Positions 28,800 through 39,487 of a stretch of 64,000 nucleotides of DNA are shown here, piece by piece. The DNA is taken from NCBI GenBank assembly GCA_965660145.1, contig CBFHYX010000023.1:1-64000 (forward strand), read 5' to 3'. Origin of the DNA: Planctomycetaceae bacterium (GTDB lineage: Bacteria; Planctomycetota; Planctomycetia; Planctomycetales; Planctomycetaceae). The position numbers and the translations under genes were made by a program. Numbering within the stretch: the stretch's first letter is position 1; each line of letters starts with the position of its first letter. The notes under the pieces were generated by a model. The model searched no databases. It was not told the DNA's origin and saw only the letters and a list, made by a program, of their open reading frames with translations.

Positions 28800-29995
28800 A
28801 CGGTCGTCAAATCCAACGGCCATTTTTTGACCAAGGCATCAAGATCGTCTTTGGTGATTGATTGAATCGTTTCCAGATCGGTTTTGACGGCTCGGTATTC
28901 TTCACGATACAGCCAGTTCCCGCCGAGTGACGCCAACCGTCCCATCGGGCGTTCAGATGACAAGACCACTCGAGAAGAGACTTTGTTCTTCGCCTGCTCA
29001 AGTTCTTCATCAGTGATGCCGTCGGCCGCGATCTGCTTCAAAATTGTTTCAATGCGTTCCAGATTTGCAGCCGTCTCTTCCGGTGAACCCGCGAGGTAAG
29101 AAAGAAAGGCACCACTTCCATCGTACTCCGCATATCCGAAGTCGGCAGAGTCGGCATGACCCGGATCAATGATATCCCAGAACATACGGCTGTTGGAGTC
29201 ATCGCCGATGATCATCGCCAATATATCGGCCGCGTAACGGTCGGGGCTATGGGCTTCCGGCGCAGGAATCATGATCATGACATGTTCCTGCTGAATATTT
29301 GATAACAGTTGAAAATGTCGTGTCGGTGCGGTTTTCGCCGGAAAAACAGATCGTTTCCCACCACCTGCTGGCCACTTCGCACAGTATTGATCAACTAATT
29401 CGAGAATTTCTTCCCAACTGGTATTTCCGGCCACTGCCAGAATGATGTTTCCCGCACGATATTGGTCGGCGTGATAATCACGCATTTGGGCAGCAGTGAG
29501 AGCAGTGATACTTTCGGGGGTGCCGAGTATGGATTGACCAAGCGGGTGTCCGCGGAAGTGAGCCGCCATCGCTTGTTCATAAACCGTGAAACCCGGCAGA
29601 TCGTCGTACATACCGATCTCTTCAAGAATCACCTGTTTTTCGGTTTTGAAGTCTTCTTCTTTCAAGCTGGGATAAATAATACCCGACAGTAACTCGAATG
29701 TTTTCGGCAAATACTCGGGGAGAATCGCCGCATAGAACTGAGTCACCTCTTCACTGGTCGAGGCGTTATAACTGGCTCCGACATCATCGAATTGTTGATT
29801 AACGTCGTCGGCGGTCATGTTGCCGAATCCCTTGAACGCCATGTGTTCAAGAAAGTGACTCACACCGGCGACTTCAGGTGTTTCGTCGCGAGAACCAGTC
29901 TTCACAAAAAAACCAATTCCCACCGAATGCACGTGTGGATTCGTTTCGGCGATGACCGTTAATCCATTTGGTAAGACTTGAGAGTGAAACTCCAT
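28769..29995 (-). CDS. M16-family zinc peptidase (active-site HxxEH present)
   Basis: HFLEHMAFKG inverted zinc-binding motif. 408 aa. Start overlaps the stop of the upstream M16 gene (TAATG). Confidence 0.85.
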   Translation of the reverse strand: MEFHSQVLPNGLTVIAETNPHVHSVGIGFFVKTGSRDETPEVAGVSHFLEHMAFKGFGNMTADDVNQQFDDVGASYNASTSEEVTQFYAAILPEYLPKTFELLSGIIYPSLKEEDFKTEKQVILEEIGMYDDLPGFTVYEQAMAAHFRGHPLGQSILGTPESITALTAAQMRDYHADQYRAGNIILAVAGNTSWEEILELVDQYCAKWPAGGGKRSVFPAKTAPTRHFQLLSNIQQEHVMIMIPAPEAHSPDRYAADILAMIIGDDSNSRMFWDIIDPGHADSADFGYAEYDGSGAFLSYLAGSPEETAANLERIETILKQIAADGITDEELEQAKNKVSSRVVLSSERPMGRLASLGGNWLYREEYRAVKTDLETIQSITKDDLDALVKKWPLDLTTVYGLGPLEGV

Positions 29996-31248
29996 TACTT
30001 GATCTCCAATGGAGTGGGTCCGATTGTGAGCAATGTTAGATGTTCAGCAGGATGACTGTTGAGATAGTCGCTGATTTTTTGCGGCGTGATCGCTTCCAGA
30101 CGGTCATGAATTTCATCCAGCGTGACGACGCGATCTCGCAGGAACCAGTCACGCGCAATTCGACTCGCCCTGCCCGAAGAAGATTCTTGCTGCATGATGA
30201 GTGCGCTTTTCGCTCCCGCCTTACAACGATTGAGTTCTTCGTCGGTGATATTCTGCGACAGGTCATTAATGACTTGCAGTATCACATCGAGTGTTTCCTG
30301 AGCACGGTCCACGGTTGTCCCCGCGTAACAGAGTACATGGCCGCTATCTCGCAACGAACCGAGAGTGGCATAGACGGCGTAACACAGTCCCCGTTTTTCA
30401 CGGACTTCCGTGAACAGTCGAGAACTGGAGCCACCACTTAAAATGCTAACAGCGGCCCACGCGGTATAATAGTCGGGATCGTTGATTGAAATCGAAGGAT
30501 AGGCAAGACCGATTTGAGTCTGAGTCGATTCCAGTTTAATGTGATCGCGATCAGGCCCTGCGGGTGAAATTTCCACTTCTGGTTCAGTCCCCGGCTTCCA
30601 ATCCCCAAACAATTTCGTGATCGTTTCGATTGTCTTGGCACTGTCAACATTTCCAGCGATGCCAAAAATCGTTTCTTCGGGACGAAAGCAGGACTCAAAG
30701 TGCTGTTTCACATCATCGAGTGAAATATTGGGAAGGTCTTCAAGGGATCCATCCGTCGGCTTTCCCCAAGGAAGACCTTCGCAGCGCCGTTTCAGCTCGA
30801 TCATCACCTTTTGACGAGGCTCGTCTTCAATAGACAACAAGGAATGCTTCACACTGCTGACGGCAGGGGCAAACTGCGATTCTGAGAAGTGAGGACGACG
30901 TGCAATGTCTGCCAGAATTTCGAGCGATGCGGGTAAATTGTCCTTGAGAGTCGCCCCTGAAAACTTGATGTGTTTCGCCTGAACACTTTCACCGCTTTGC
31001 AGCCCGAGTGAATCCTGAGCAATGGCGAGTTGACGGGAATCCCGATCTCCCGCACCGCGTGTCAACATGTCGCAAGTCACGGAAGCGGTGCCGTTTTTCC
31101 CGGGGCGATCATAGATGCTCCCAGCGGGAATGAGCAGACAGTAAGCCGCAGATTGCACCGCTGGCATGTGCTGAATCAGCACGGTTAATCCGTTATCCAG
31201 CTTATGGGACTCTATGGTATCAGAGGTGTTCATATCTCGCTCGAGCAT
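29995..31248 (-). CDS. M16-family peptidase-like protein lacking HxxEH (probable non-catalytic partner subunit)
   Basis: M16 N- and C-domain architecture. The motif position reads LIQHMPAV with no HxxEH. 417 aa. Confidence 0.8.
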   Translation of the reverse strand: MLERDMNTSDTIESHKLDNGLTVLIQHMPAVQSAAYCLLIPAGSIYDRPGKNGTASVTCDMLTRGAGDRDSRQLAIAQDSLGLQSGESVQAKHIKFSGATLKDNLPASLEILADIARRPHFSESQFAPAVSSVKHSLLSIEDEPRQKVMIELKRRCEGLPWGKPTDGSLEDLPNISLDDVKQHFESCFRPEETIFGIAGNVDSAKTIETITKLFGDWKPGTEPEVEISPAGPDRDHIKLESTQTQIGLAYPSISINDPDYYTAWAAVSILSGGSSSRLFTEVREKRGLCYAVYATLGSLRDSGHVLCYAGTTVDRAQETLDVILQVINDLSQNITDEELNRCKAGAKSALIMQQESSSGRASRIARDWFLRDRVVTLDEIHDRLEAITPQKISDYLNSHPAEHLTLLTIGPTPLEIK

Positions 31249-31299
31249 CTGGGAAAACGGCAGTATCTCAGATGATCGGCTGGATCACAAGCATAGCTG

Positions 31300-32883
31300 T
31301 TAACCGTTTTGAGTCCCCGGCTTCTTTCCGAACAACGAATTTAATTCAGTCAACTTCGTAATGACATATTGGCCGTCAGTTTGTTGGCCAGTCCCGGTAA
31401 GCGTGATCGGAGTGCCACAATGATACGCCAAATTGAAGTGATGGAAGTCTCCAAAGCTGACATCGATCCGAACCGATTCTTGATCCTGAACATCAATAAA
31501 GAACAGCTTTGCTTCATCAAGGTCGTCGGACATGCGTAAACGTCCCTGAACAGTGATCGACTGACCGTCGCTTTTCACCCAACTTTTGAACGAAGGTTCT
31601 TGAAAGGCTTCGAAGTCAGAACTATCGAGCCCGGCCAATGCTGTACTATTTTCGCCATAAGCGGCTTTCTCGACACCAAACTTCTGAAGCAACGAGAGAT
31701 GCAATTTACCGATCTGCTGATTCTGAGAATATCGCACATAGCGACCTGTCTTCAACATGCCGCCACCTTGCCCGGCTAAAATCATCGGAATACGAGTGGC
31801 CGTATGATTGTCACTGTGTCCCATACCAGAACCAAACAGAACCACACTGTTTTCTAGCAAGGTTCCGTTCTGATCTTTGTAAGATTTCAACTTGGTCAAA
31901 AGGTAATTGAACTTCTCCATATGCCACTCGCTGATTTTCAGCAATGCATCAATATTGTCTCGACTGAAATTTCGGAAGAAGTGAGACAGATAATGATGCT
32001 GCTCTTTGATCCCAAGAAAATCGAAAATCATCCGACTGTTACTATTCCCCAACATATAGGTCGCACAGCGAGTCGAATCGGTCCAGAATGCGAGGGCAAT
32101 GATATCCAACATCGCATCGACCTGTTCATTCAAATTTGAAAGGCCGTCGGGACGCATGAATTTTGTGAGTTCTGGACTTTCTGTACCGGCAGACTTCAAA
32201 TTGTCGAGCCGCTGTTCGGCATCTCGAACAACAGAGAGATATTCATCAAGGATCAATCGATCTTCGACTCCCGCTTTGCTTTGCAGTTTTTTGGCATCCT
32301 CCCCCACACGGTCAAGCAGACTAACCATTTCTTTTCGTTTGGCGGGATGTTGAAGCGGATTGCGGAACAGTCGATCGAACACCAACTGAGGATCGCTTTC
32401 ACGAGGGATCGGATCGCCGTTCGTGTCGTAAGAAATGTAACTACAACCAATTTGATTGGGGAACAGTCCTTCGGTCGTCAGTTCGAGAGAACGATGAACG
32501 GTGTCTTGACCGATCTGATCAGCAATCAACTGATCCATCGAGGCCGACTTGGTATTTTTGTGGTGTCCACTCAAAAAACGTCGAGTCGAGTTGGCGTGTG
32601 ACGAAAACCCAAAGTCGCCCATATTGTCGAGAATCAACAAATCCTGTTTGTGACTCGCGAACGGTCGCATCAACGGTGACATCCGAAAGTCGTTTTCGGT
32701 CCCTCCGTTGATATTCCATGAGGGCGGATGCACACCGTTCGGCTTAAATAATGTCATGAATCGAACAGGGGGCTTCTCACTGTTGGCGGCACGACCTTCG
32801 GCTTCCATCAAATTCAGGAAGGGAAGTGGCAGCATCGCTCCCACACCGCGTAGAAATGTTCGTCTGGAAATTCGCCAGTTCAT
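31300..32883 (-). CDS. DUF1552-family protein with Tat signal and an about 110-aa C-terminal extension
   Basis: MNWRISRRTFLRGVGAMLPLPFL, SMDQLIADQIG, SLEL, ILDEYLSVVRDAEQRL, ILAGQGGGMLKTGRYV...ALAGLD. Beyond this it extends another ~110 aa, which is unusual for the family. Confidence 0.8.
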   Translation of the reverse strand: MNWRISRRTFLRGVGAMLPLPFLNLMEAEGRAANSEKPPVRFMTLFKPNGVHPPSWNINGGTENDFRMSPLMRPFASHKQDLLILDNMGDFGFSSHANSTRRFLSGHHKNTKSASMDQLIADQIGQDTVHRSLELTTEGLFPNQIGCSYISYDTNGDPIPRESDPQLVFDRLFRNPLQHPAKRKEMVSLLDRVGEDAKKLQSKAGVEDRLILDEYLSVVRDAEQRLDNLKSAGTESPELTKFMRPDGLSNLNEQVDAMLDIIALAFWTDSTRCATYMLGNSNSRMIFDFLGIKEQHHYLSHFFRNFSRDNIDALLKISEWHMEKFNYLLTKLKSYKDQNGTLLENSVVLFGSGMGHSDNHTATRIPMILAGQGGGMLKTGRYVRYSQNQQIGKLHLSLLQKFGVEKAAYGENSTALAGLDSSDFEAFQEPSFKSWVKSDGQSITVQGRLRMSDDLDEAKLFFIDVQDQESVRIDVSFGDFHHFNLAYHCGTPITLTGTGQQTDGQYVITKLTELNSLFGKKPGTQNG

Positions 32884-34799
32884 TCGGATTCACCTTTGAT
32901 GATCGTCTCACGGAAAGGCATACTTTCTGCCACCAACCGGATCAAATCGCGATAGGTACCGTCTCTTTGATTGAGTTCGTTAACAATCTTATCGACCGCC
33001 GGACGGTCGTAATACTTCAATTTTCGACACAATGCATAAGACAACGTTTTTTGTACGATATTACGAACAATTTGATCACGCTGTGACGTGACCAATATCT
33101 CTTTCAACTCTTGATATGTCGTAAATATCTCTCCGCTGGGAAGTTGCCCCGAGGTATCAATCGTCTCCCCAGACTTGGTCACAAACGCGCCACTCTTATC
33201 GTAGCGTTCCAAAGAAAATCCGAGGGGATCGATTTTATCATGACACACAGCGCATGCCGGCTTACTGCGATGCAATTCAAATCGCTCACGGAACGTCAGA
33301 CTTTGACCATTCCGATTCTGTGGAATCTGACCAACATCGGGAGGAGGCTCCGGCAATGGCTCCCCCAACAGTCGTTCCAACATCCAGACCCCACGTAATA
33401 CCGGCCCTTTATTCATCGCCAGAACTCCCGGCATCGTCAGCAATCCTCCTCGCTCGGAGGTGTCTTGAAGAGTGATCTGCTGATTCGGAACGATTTCAAC
33501 TTCGATCCCTTTGGGCTTACGATATCTTGCTAACTGTTTGCGATCTTGCGGATAAAACCGAGAAGTCAACGTATTGAAATACGCAACGTCGGAATCGATC
33601 AGTTCGAGCAATGGTCGATCTGCAGCGAACAAATACTTCACAAAATCGAGAGGCTGCGATTTTAACGCAACCGCATACGGCACGTTATCAGAGACATGAT
33701 CAATTTCATCCAGGCTGAACCATTGCACGGCGAAATCTTCCGCCAGGTTTCGAGACTTCGGATCGTTCAGCAAACGAACGATTTCTGATCGATAGATTTC
33801 TGATTTGGAGAGATTTCCCGACGAAGCATTCCTCATCAGCTCGGCATCCGGCATGTCACCCCAAATAAAGTACGACAGACGTTCTGCCAATTCGTACTGA
33901 TCGACCGACTGTTGCCCTGGGTTCCCCCTCATCAACAATCCCCGATACAGAAACTCGGGTGACATCAACACAACTTTCAGTTCAGACTTCAACCGGTCAA
34001 CGATTTCCTCGGAAGAGCCCGCCTCCTTGATGTGAATCATTCGGCGACCCAACTCAGAATTTTCAACCTGACGTCGATAAGCTCGGGTCATGAATGACTG
34101 TAGCAAGGTCTCAGCTTGATCATGCGACACGCCCGATACCAAAATTGGGCCCGAGTAAGCTTCCAGATCGGTTTGATGTCGTGGTGAAAAGAACGCTTCC
34201 AACCCCGCATCGACCAAATAGGAGTATTGATCCCAGATCACGGTTGTCAGAGGATTGCCGGAGGTGTCATTCCGAAAACCACTCTTGCCGGGTGGATCCA
34301 GCGGGAGCAATTTCATCACCAACGATTTTTCAGCGATCGTTTGCTCGGCCTCAATGATATTCACCTCAAGGTCGAACCCAAAAAGTGAACGCAGCGTGTT
34401 CCGATATTCATAGGCAGATAATCGACGAGGACGAAAGTCAGCGGGTCTCGCCTCGACGTTTTCGATAAAACGCGACCGATACCATGTTTCGATATTTTCA
34501 ATGTCTAACCTGGAAGGACGCTCTTCGTCTTCGGGAGGCATTTCGCCGCTTTTGAGTAACTCAACCACCCTCCTCCACGTTTCAAAACTGGCGTTCGCAT
34601 CCTGCTGGGTCTTGATGATCGAAAAATCCAGCTTCGCGCTCGGTTCATCTCCACTATGACAAGCCACGCAATATTTCGCGAGCAGTGGAAGAATCTCCCG
34701 CTCATAAGAATCATCAGCGCAACTCACCGCAGGCATCATCAACGCCGTCAAAAGCATTGCATATCCAAAAACGCGGTGAGTGTGAGATAAAGCAAGCAT
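32880..34799 (-). CDS. DUF1592/DUF1585/DUF1587-family protein with N-terminal cytochrome-like CxxCH
   Basis: Signal peptide, YCVACHSGDEPSAKLDFS near the N-terminus, and C-terminal PACAVCHDKIDPLGFSLERYD (DUF1585-like). ATGA overlap with the DUF1552 gene. Confidence 0.75.
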   Translation of the reverse strand: MLALSHTHRVFGYAMLLTALMMPAVSCADDSYEREILPLLAKYCVACHSGDEPSAKLDFSIIKTQQDANASFETWRRVVELLKSGEMPPEDEERPSRLDIENIETWYRSRFIENVEARPADFRPRRLSAYEYRNTLRSLFGFDLEVNIIEAEQTIAEKSLVMKLLPLDPPGKSGFRNDTSGNPLTTVIWDQYSYLVDAGLEAFFSPRHQTDLEAYSGPILVSGVSHDQAETLLQSFMTRAYRRQVENSELGRRMIHIKEAGSSEEIVDRLKSELKVVLMSPEFLYRGLLMRGNPGQQSVDQYELAERLSYFIWGDMPDAELMRNASSGNLSKSEIYRSEIVRLLNDPKSRNLAEDFAVQWFSLDEIDHVSDNVPYAVALKSQPLDFVKYLFAADRPLLELIDSDVAYFNTLTSRFYPQDRKQLARYRKPKGIEVEIVPNQQITLQDTSERGGLLTMPGVLAMNKGPVLRGVWMLERLLGEPLPEPPPDVGQIPQNRNGQSLTFRERFELHRSKPACAVCHDKIDPLGFSLERYDKSGAFVTKSGETIDTSGQLPSGEIFTTYQELKEILVTSQRDQIVRNIVQKTLSYALCRKLKYYDRPAVDKIVNELNQRDGTYRDLIRLVAESMPFRETIIKGESE

Positions 34800-34916
34800 G
34801 ATTGTCGGTGAGATGGAATGAGGTGGGAGGAATAGAAACCAGAAACCAGATTACCCCAAAACACCAGTAAACGACAGACCTATTTGACACAACCGAAACC
34901 CACGCGCCCCGATTGC

Positions 34917-36221
34917 TCACTCTCCAATACAGTACAAAGCGGAGTCAGAACGAAGAAACATCTGACCATTCGCAATCGCCGGAGATGCGTTGAAGTCCCC
35001 CTCATCACCGGCAATCGAATTCACCTGTTCCACTTTGAACTCGTCCCCCGGTTTATACACAGAGGTCTCTCCCTTTCGGTTGACGGCATAGATGTATTCT
35101 CCCGCTAACACGACCGACGCATAAAACCCTCGACTGCCACCACGCCCGGAACTGCTGCTACTGCCAGACAGTCTTTCGCGATAAACGGTCTCCCCGGTTT
35201 TCGCATCGAGACAATACGCTTGTCCGCGATCACTGACCCAATACAATTTCCCATCATGAAGAATCGGCGAAGGCACATACGTCGTCTCGCGACTTGACCA
35301 TAAAATATGCGATTTCGTCACATCTTCTTTGCCACCCGTCTTCACAGCCACCATCCCACCATTGCGTCCACCCACCGCGTAAACGATCCCATCAGCAGCG
35401 ACGATTGTCGGCGAGACGTTACCATCGAGATCACACTCAGCGTACCAGGTCAACTTGCCGGTCTTGGGATTCATCCCCCAGACCTCGTAAGGAACGGCCA
35501 CAATTAACTCTTCTTCGCCATCAACATTTTTGATGATACGAGGGGTATTAAAGGTCAGTTCCAGACCAGCAGCCTGTGCCTTCCAGACTTCTTCACCAGT
35601 TACTTTGTTGAAGGCCCGGATTGACTGTGATTCATCAGAAGCATTCACTATTAACAAATCGCCATACAAAATGGGACTCGCTCCCGATCCCCAGCGACGG
35701 CTGCTCGATTCTTGTCCCACATCCTTCTTCCACAACACCTTGCCACTCATATCAAACGCATATACTCCGCTCTTTCCAAAGAAGGCATAAATCCGCTCTC
35801 CGTCAGACACGGGCGTTTGCGAAGCGTAACCGTGCTCAGCCATGAAGCCGCTGTACTGATCTTCCGGCAATACCGTATCAATAGTTGTCTTCCAGACAAT
35901 TTCACCGTTCTTGCGATTGATGGCGATTAGGTGTCGCTTGAGATCCGACATGCTACCGGGATTGCTTTTGTTTTCTCCATATCCTTCGTAACAGGTAAGA
36001 TAAACTCGATCTCCCAAGATGATGGGGCTCGATGTTCCTTTGCCGGGAAGTTTGGTCGTCCATTTTAAATTCTTTGTTTCTGACCATTCAGTGGGGACTT
36101 TTTCCTCAACAATCACTCCATCGTGATCAGAGCCTCTAAAACCTGTCCAGTCTGCTGCTTTCAGAGTTATCGAACTGACCACAAAAAGGGCAAAAGCGGC
36201 GTTCAACAGTATTTTCTGCAT
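34917..36221 (-). CDS. PQQ-like beta-propeller repeat protein (BamB-like), secreted
   Basis: Signal peptide MQKILLNAAFALFVVSSITLKA, then repeated G..Y....G.V.A.D..TG..W PQQ-type blades. ATG at 36221. Confidence 0.8.
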   Translation of the reverse strand: MQKILLNAAFALFVVSSITLKAADWTGFRGSDHDGVIVEEKVPTEWSETKNLKWTTKLPGKGTSSPIILGDRVYLTCYEGYGENKSNPGSMSDLKRHLIAINRKNGEIVWKTTIDTVLPEDQYSGFMAEHGYASQTPVSDGERIYAFFGKSGVYAFDMSGKVLWKKDVGQESSSRRWGSGASPILYGDLLIVNASDESQSIRAFNKVTGEEVWKAQAAGLELTFNTPRIIKNVDGEEELIVAVPYEVWGMNPKTGKLTWYAECDLDGNVSPTIVAADGIVYAVGGRNGGMVAVKTGGKEDVTKSHILWSSRETTYVPSPILHDGKLYWVSDRGQAYCLDAKTGETVYRERLSGSSSSSGRGGSRGFYASVVLAGEYIYAVNRKGETSVYKPGDEFKVEQVNSIAGDEGDFNASPAIANGQMFLRSDSALYCIGE

Positions 36222-36382
36222 CAGAATGACCTTAGGTTCAGAAATGGGACAGACCTTATTAGGAATGGTAAACACCGCTCCCCTCAGAAAGTCTCGAAAA
36301 TAGTCCTCGATCTTCAACAACTTCTCGCACACAATGAACTTCTGCGAAATGCGACCTTTATCAAATGCCTCAAGGAAGAACC

Positions 36383-37144
36383 ATGCGCCATTTTATCACC
36401 CCAACTCTGATTCTTTGCCTGATATTCCCTCTTTCACTATTTGCTCAAGACGAAGCGACAAATGAAGACGTGCGAGTCGATCCAGACAATCCGGTCTACA
36501 GTTGGCATAAGGAACACGACCGCAACGGCACAGGCAAATTCTACCTGGATCGAGAAATTGCTCGCGTGATGAGTTACCACGGTGCCCCTTGGCTCGAACG
36601 CCCCGAACGAGAAAAAGAAGAGAAGATCTCTCTGCTACTCGAAGTGCTCGGTTTGAAACCCGGCATGACTGTTGTCGACTTGGGAGCAGGCTCAGGACGC
36701 ATTTCGTTTCTGATGGCATCCAAAGTTGCGCCGCAGGGAAAAATACTCGCTGTCGACATTCAAGACGAGATGCTGGCTTTGATCGAAAAGAAAGTCGATG
36801 CGAGCGGCATTACGAATGTCATTCCGGTGAAAGGAAAAGTTGATTCTACTGGACTCAAGCCAAACACTGCCGATCTGATCATCATGGTCGATGTCTATCA
36901 CGAGTTGGAATTCCCGCATGGAATGTTGGCGGACTTCGCTAAAATCCTCAAACCGGGGGGACGCGTGGCGTGGGTCGAATATCGCAAAGAAGACCCGACC
37001 GTCCCGATCAAACTGGTGCATAAGATGTCTGTAAAACAAGTCCGGAAGGAAGCCTCACAAAAAGAGTTCGGACTAGAATTCGTAGAGACCGTGGGCAAGC
37101 TTCCGCAACAACACGTCATCTTCTTTCGAAAACCGAAGAAGTAA
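36383..37144 (+). CDS. class I SAM-dependent methyltransferase with signal peptide
   Basis: Motif I VVDLGAGSGRISF. AAGGA 6 nt before the ATG at 36383. Confidence 0.8.
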   Translation: MRHFITPTLILCLIFPLSLFAQDEATNEDVRVDPDNPVYSWHKEHDRNGTGKFYLDREIARVMSYHGAPWLERPEREKEEKISLLLEVLGLKPGMTVVDLGAGSGRISFLMASKVAPQGKILAVDIQDEMLALIEKKVDASGITNVIPVKGKVDSTGLKPNTADLIIMVDVYHELEFPHGMLADFAKILKPGGRVAWVEYRKEDPTVPIKLVHKMSVKQVRKEASQKEFGLEFVETVGKLPQQHVIFFRKPKK

Positions 37145-37290
37145 GTTCGAATGTGACAATAGAACCTCTCCCTCTACCAAGGGGAGCAAATGAACTCGCC
37201 GTACGAACAGCGAGGAAACAGACTCATGCGGTCGCGAGATCTTGAAGACTTTGAGTGAATCGCTGCAACCACCGTAGCGAGCACTTCGCC

Positions 37291-38088
37291 TCAATCTTCA
37301 TCAACCAATTCTTCGTCCTGCTCGCTCTTCTCAATGCGAACTGGTCCACTCTTTGATTCGAGTGGTGGCAAAATCCAGATCTCCTGGAATGCTTCAGGCT
37401 GCTCGGCACGGTAGTGGTGATGACGAATGAGTTCGAGAGTCGCAAGGAAGATCCCAACAATGCGACTGCGTAATTTCTCGCCGGCGAAGAACGAGCTAAA
37501 CTCGCAACGACCTTCTGCGAGCACACGTGCGGAAATCCGCTCTGCCCAAACGGCAATCGGTGTCTCATCGTAATTGATCTTGGAATGCGTGACGATTTCC
37601 TTTGTTTCCAAAATTCGAGACAGAGCCGACACAAGATCCCACAATTCAACTTCCTTAATTCGATCTTGCGAATGATCTTTGGAAACCTTCGGACGTTCGT
37701 TGGAAAGTCGAGGATATCGTTCTTGCCAGGCGGAAGCGTGTTCCTCAAGAGCAAACGAGGCTTCCTTGAATTTCTTATACTCCAGCAATTGCTGAATCAG
37801 CTCTGACTGAGTCTCCGTCTCAAGTTCCGGTTCTTCAATTTCTTCTTCCGGGCGGGGGAGAATCATGCGGCTTTTGATTTCCGCGAGCGAACTCGCCATC
37901 ACGAGAAAATCGGCTGCCAGATCGACATCAATCAGGGTCAACACCTCGATGTATTGGCGATATTGTTGAGTAATCCCCGCGACCGGAAGGTCCAATATGT
38001 TCACTTCCTGGCGACGAACCAGATACAACAACAGATCCAGAGGACCGGTGAAGAGATCAAGATGGACTCGGTATTCGGTAGCAACCAT
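37291..38088 (-). CDS. scpA: segregation and condensation protein A
   Basis: MVATEYRVHLDLFTGPLDLLLYLVRRQEVNILDLPVAGIT is the canonical ScpA N-terminus. No scpB adjacent. Confidence 0.85.
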   Translation of the reverse strand: MVATEYRVHLDLFTGPLDLLLYLVRRQEVNILDLPVAGITQQYRQYIEVLTLIDVDLAADFLVMASSLAEIKSRMILPRPEEEIEEPELETETQSELIQQLLEYKKFKEASFALEEHASAWQERYPRLSNERPKVSKDHSQDRIKEVELWDLVSALSRILETKEIVTHSKINYDETPIAVWAERISARVLAEGRCEFSSFFAGEKLRSRIVGIFLATLELIRHHHYRAEQPEAFQEIWILPPLESKSGPVRIEKSEQDEELVDED

Positions 38089-38342
38089 CAAGTTTCCCAG
38101 AACAGATTGTTCTTTTCGTGGCCGCGACAACGCATTTTGGCCTTTAAAAACCGGACTCCCACGAGCCCGGATCGTTCACGGTCTTTGTAAACCGCTTTAG
38201 AATAAGCAGCAATTCTAGGAGACAAAGCGGTCTGAACTCAAGAGGAGTTTTCCGGGGTCGGTAGGGTGGAGAAATCTCGAAAAGTGGGGTATATGTAAGG
38301 TGATTCAAAAATTTGCCATATAGAGACCGCAGGACATTTCCT

Positions 38343-38753
38343 ATGTACGCATTAATCGAGAGTCTGATTCAGTTATTCTGGGCCGTTTGGAGCGTTTTAG
38401 GCTCTGTCGGACTGCTCGTGCTGCCGGTTGTCCCTTTGTTAATGTGGGTCGGCTTTTGGACGTTTGCAGTCGATTGGACCAAATTGCGATCCGTGTTCCT
38501 CAAAGGTGGCTGGGTCGGCTTAATGCTACTCTCTTTGGTAGCCGTTCTCGTGTGGGGTGTCGTAGCACCTCCCGCAGATGGCGCCCACTACATTCTCGGC
38601 AAACAACTCTCCAACTTTGTCGGCAAAACAGTCTACGTCACCGGGTTGGTTTGCATCATGCTACTCAGTGGATCAGTCCAACTGGCCGGCGTCTTCGGTA
38701 AAGCGGATGGACCAACGCCTCCCGAATCACTCGAAGGCGACGCGGCTCACTGA
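38343..38753 (+). CDS. hypothetical polytopic membrane protein
   Basis: Four predicted TM helices. ATG at 38343; the ORF track uses TTG at 38313. Confidence 0.5.
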   Translation: MYALIESLIQLFWAVWSVLGSVGLLVLPVVPLLMWVGFWTFAVDWTKLRSVFLKGGWVGLMLLSLVAVLVWGVVAPPADGAHYILGKQLSNFVGKTVYVTGLVCIMLLSGSVQLAGVFGKADGPTPPESLEGDAAH

Positions 38754-38931
38754 AAGCAGTGGCCCTGACATTAAGCCCGCATCTCGATGTCGAACGAACT
38801 GAGTTCGTCGACGAAAAGTGTTGGAATCTCAGACGTTGTCTCTTTAAGCATGAATCGATAACCGATTGCTACAATGTATTACCCCAAAAGAAGATTCTTT
38901 TGGGGTAATACAAATTTTCACGAGATTTCGG

Positions 38932-39393
38932 CTAATTTGATGGGGGGATCAGGAGAGGGTCGACAGAGCCTTTGGCTGACTCCAGCATAATCGATAGCTC
39001 AACACCATCAGCTTGATCGGCAATATCAACTTCAGCGTCCTTTGCCTGTAGGGCTGGACCAGCGGAGGTGGAATCAAGCGGGAGAAGATGTACGCTATAT
39101 TTGCCTGCAGGGGCACCATCGCCATCACCGTAAGTTCCGACTACAAAACTTCCATCTTCTTTGACTCGTGCAGTAGCAGGCTTATTAATTTCACCTGTCC
39201 CAACGGAAACAGGCCGAAATTCAAGAATACACTCGCCTGGTGACGCACCATCCAACATCACCGTACCAGTAACCGGGACGGTATCAAGCTTAGTCTCGTC
39301 GACTGTGTTTCCTCCACATCCGCTTAGAATGAATGAACATGTCATCAAGAGTGCTAGACAGTAAGTTTCTTTTCGAGCAATAAAACGCGTCAT
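38932..39393 (-). CDS. lipoprotein (small Ig/transthyretin-like) downstream of DUF1559 gene
   Basis: Lipobox LSGC-GG, Gly/Asp-rich beta-rich sequence. Gene order DUF1559 then lipoprotein is recurrent in planctomycetes. Confidence 0.7.
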   Translation of the reverse strand: MTRFIARKETYCLALLMTCSFILSGCGGNTVDETKLDTVPVTGTVMLDGASPGECILEFRPVSVGTGEINKPATARVKEDGSFVVGTYGDGDGAPAGKYSVHLLPLDSTSAGPALQAKDAEVDIADQADGVELSIMLESAKGSVDPLLIPPSN

Positions 39394-39415
39394 TTGCTGT
39401 TCCTTAGAGTTTGGT

Positions 39416-39428
39416 TGTGTGTGTGTGT
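39416..39428. repeat. (TG)6 dinucleotide microsatellite
   Basis: tgtgtgtgtgtgt lies 23 nt upstream of the lipoprotein start codon at 39393. Confidence 0.6.
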
Positions 39429-39487
39429 AAGGCAGCTTTTTCGAAACTCCGAGTGCTTCCGAGAAGCAAAACGAAGAGATGATGAAA

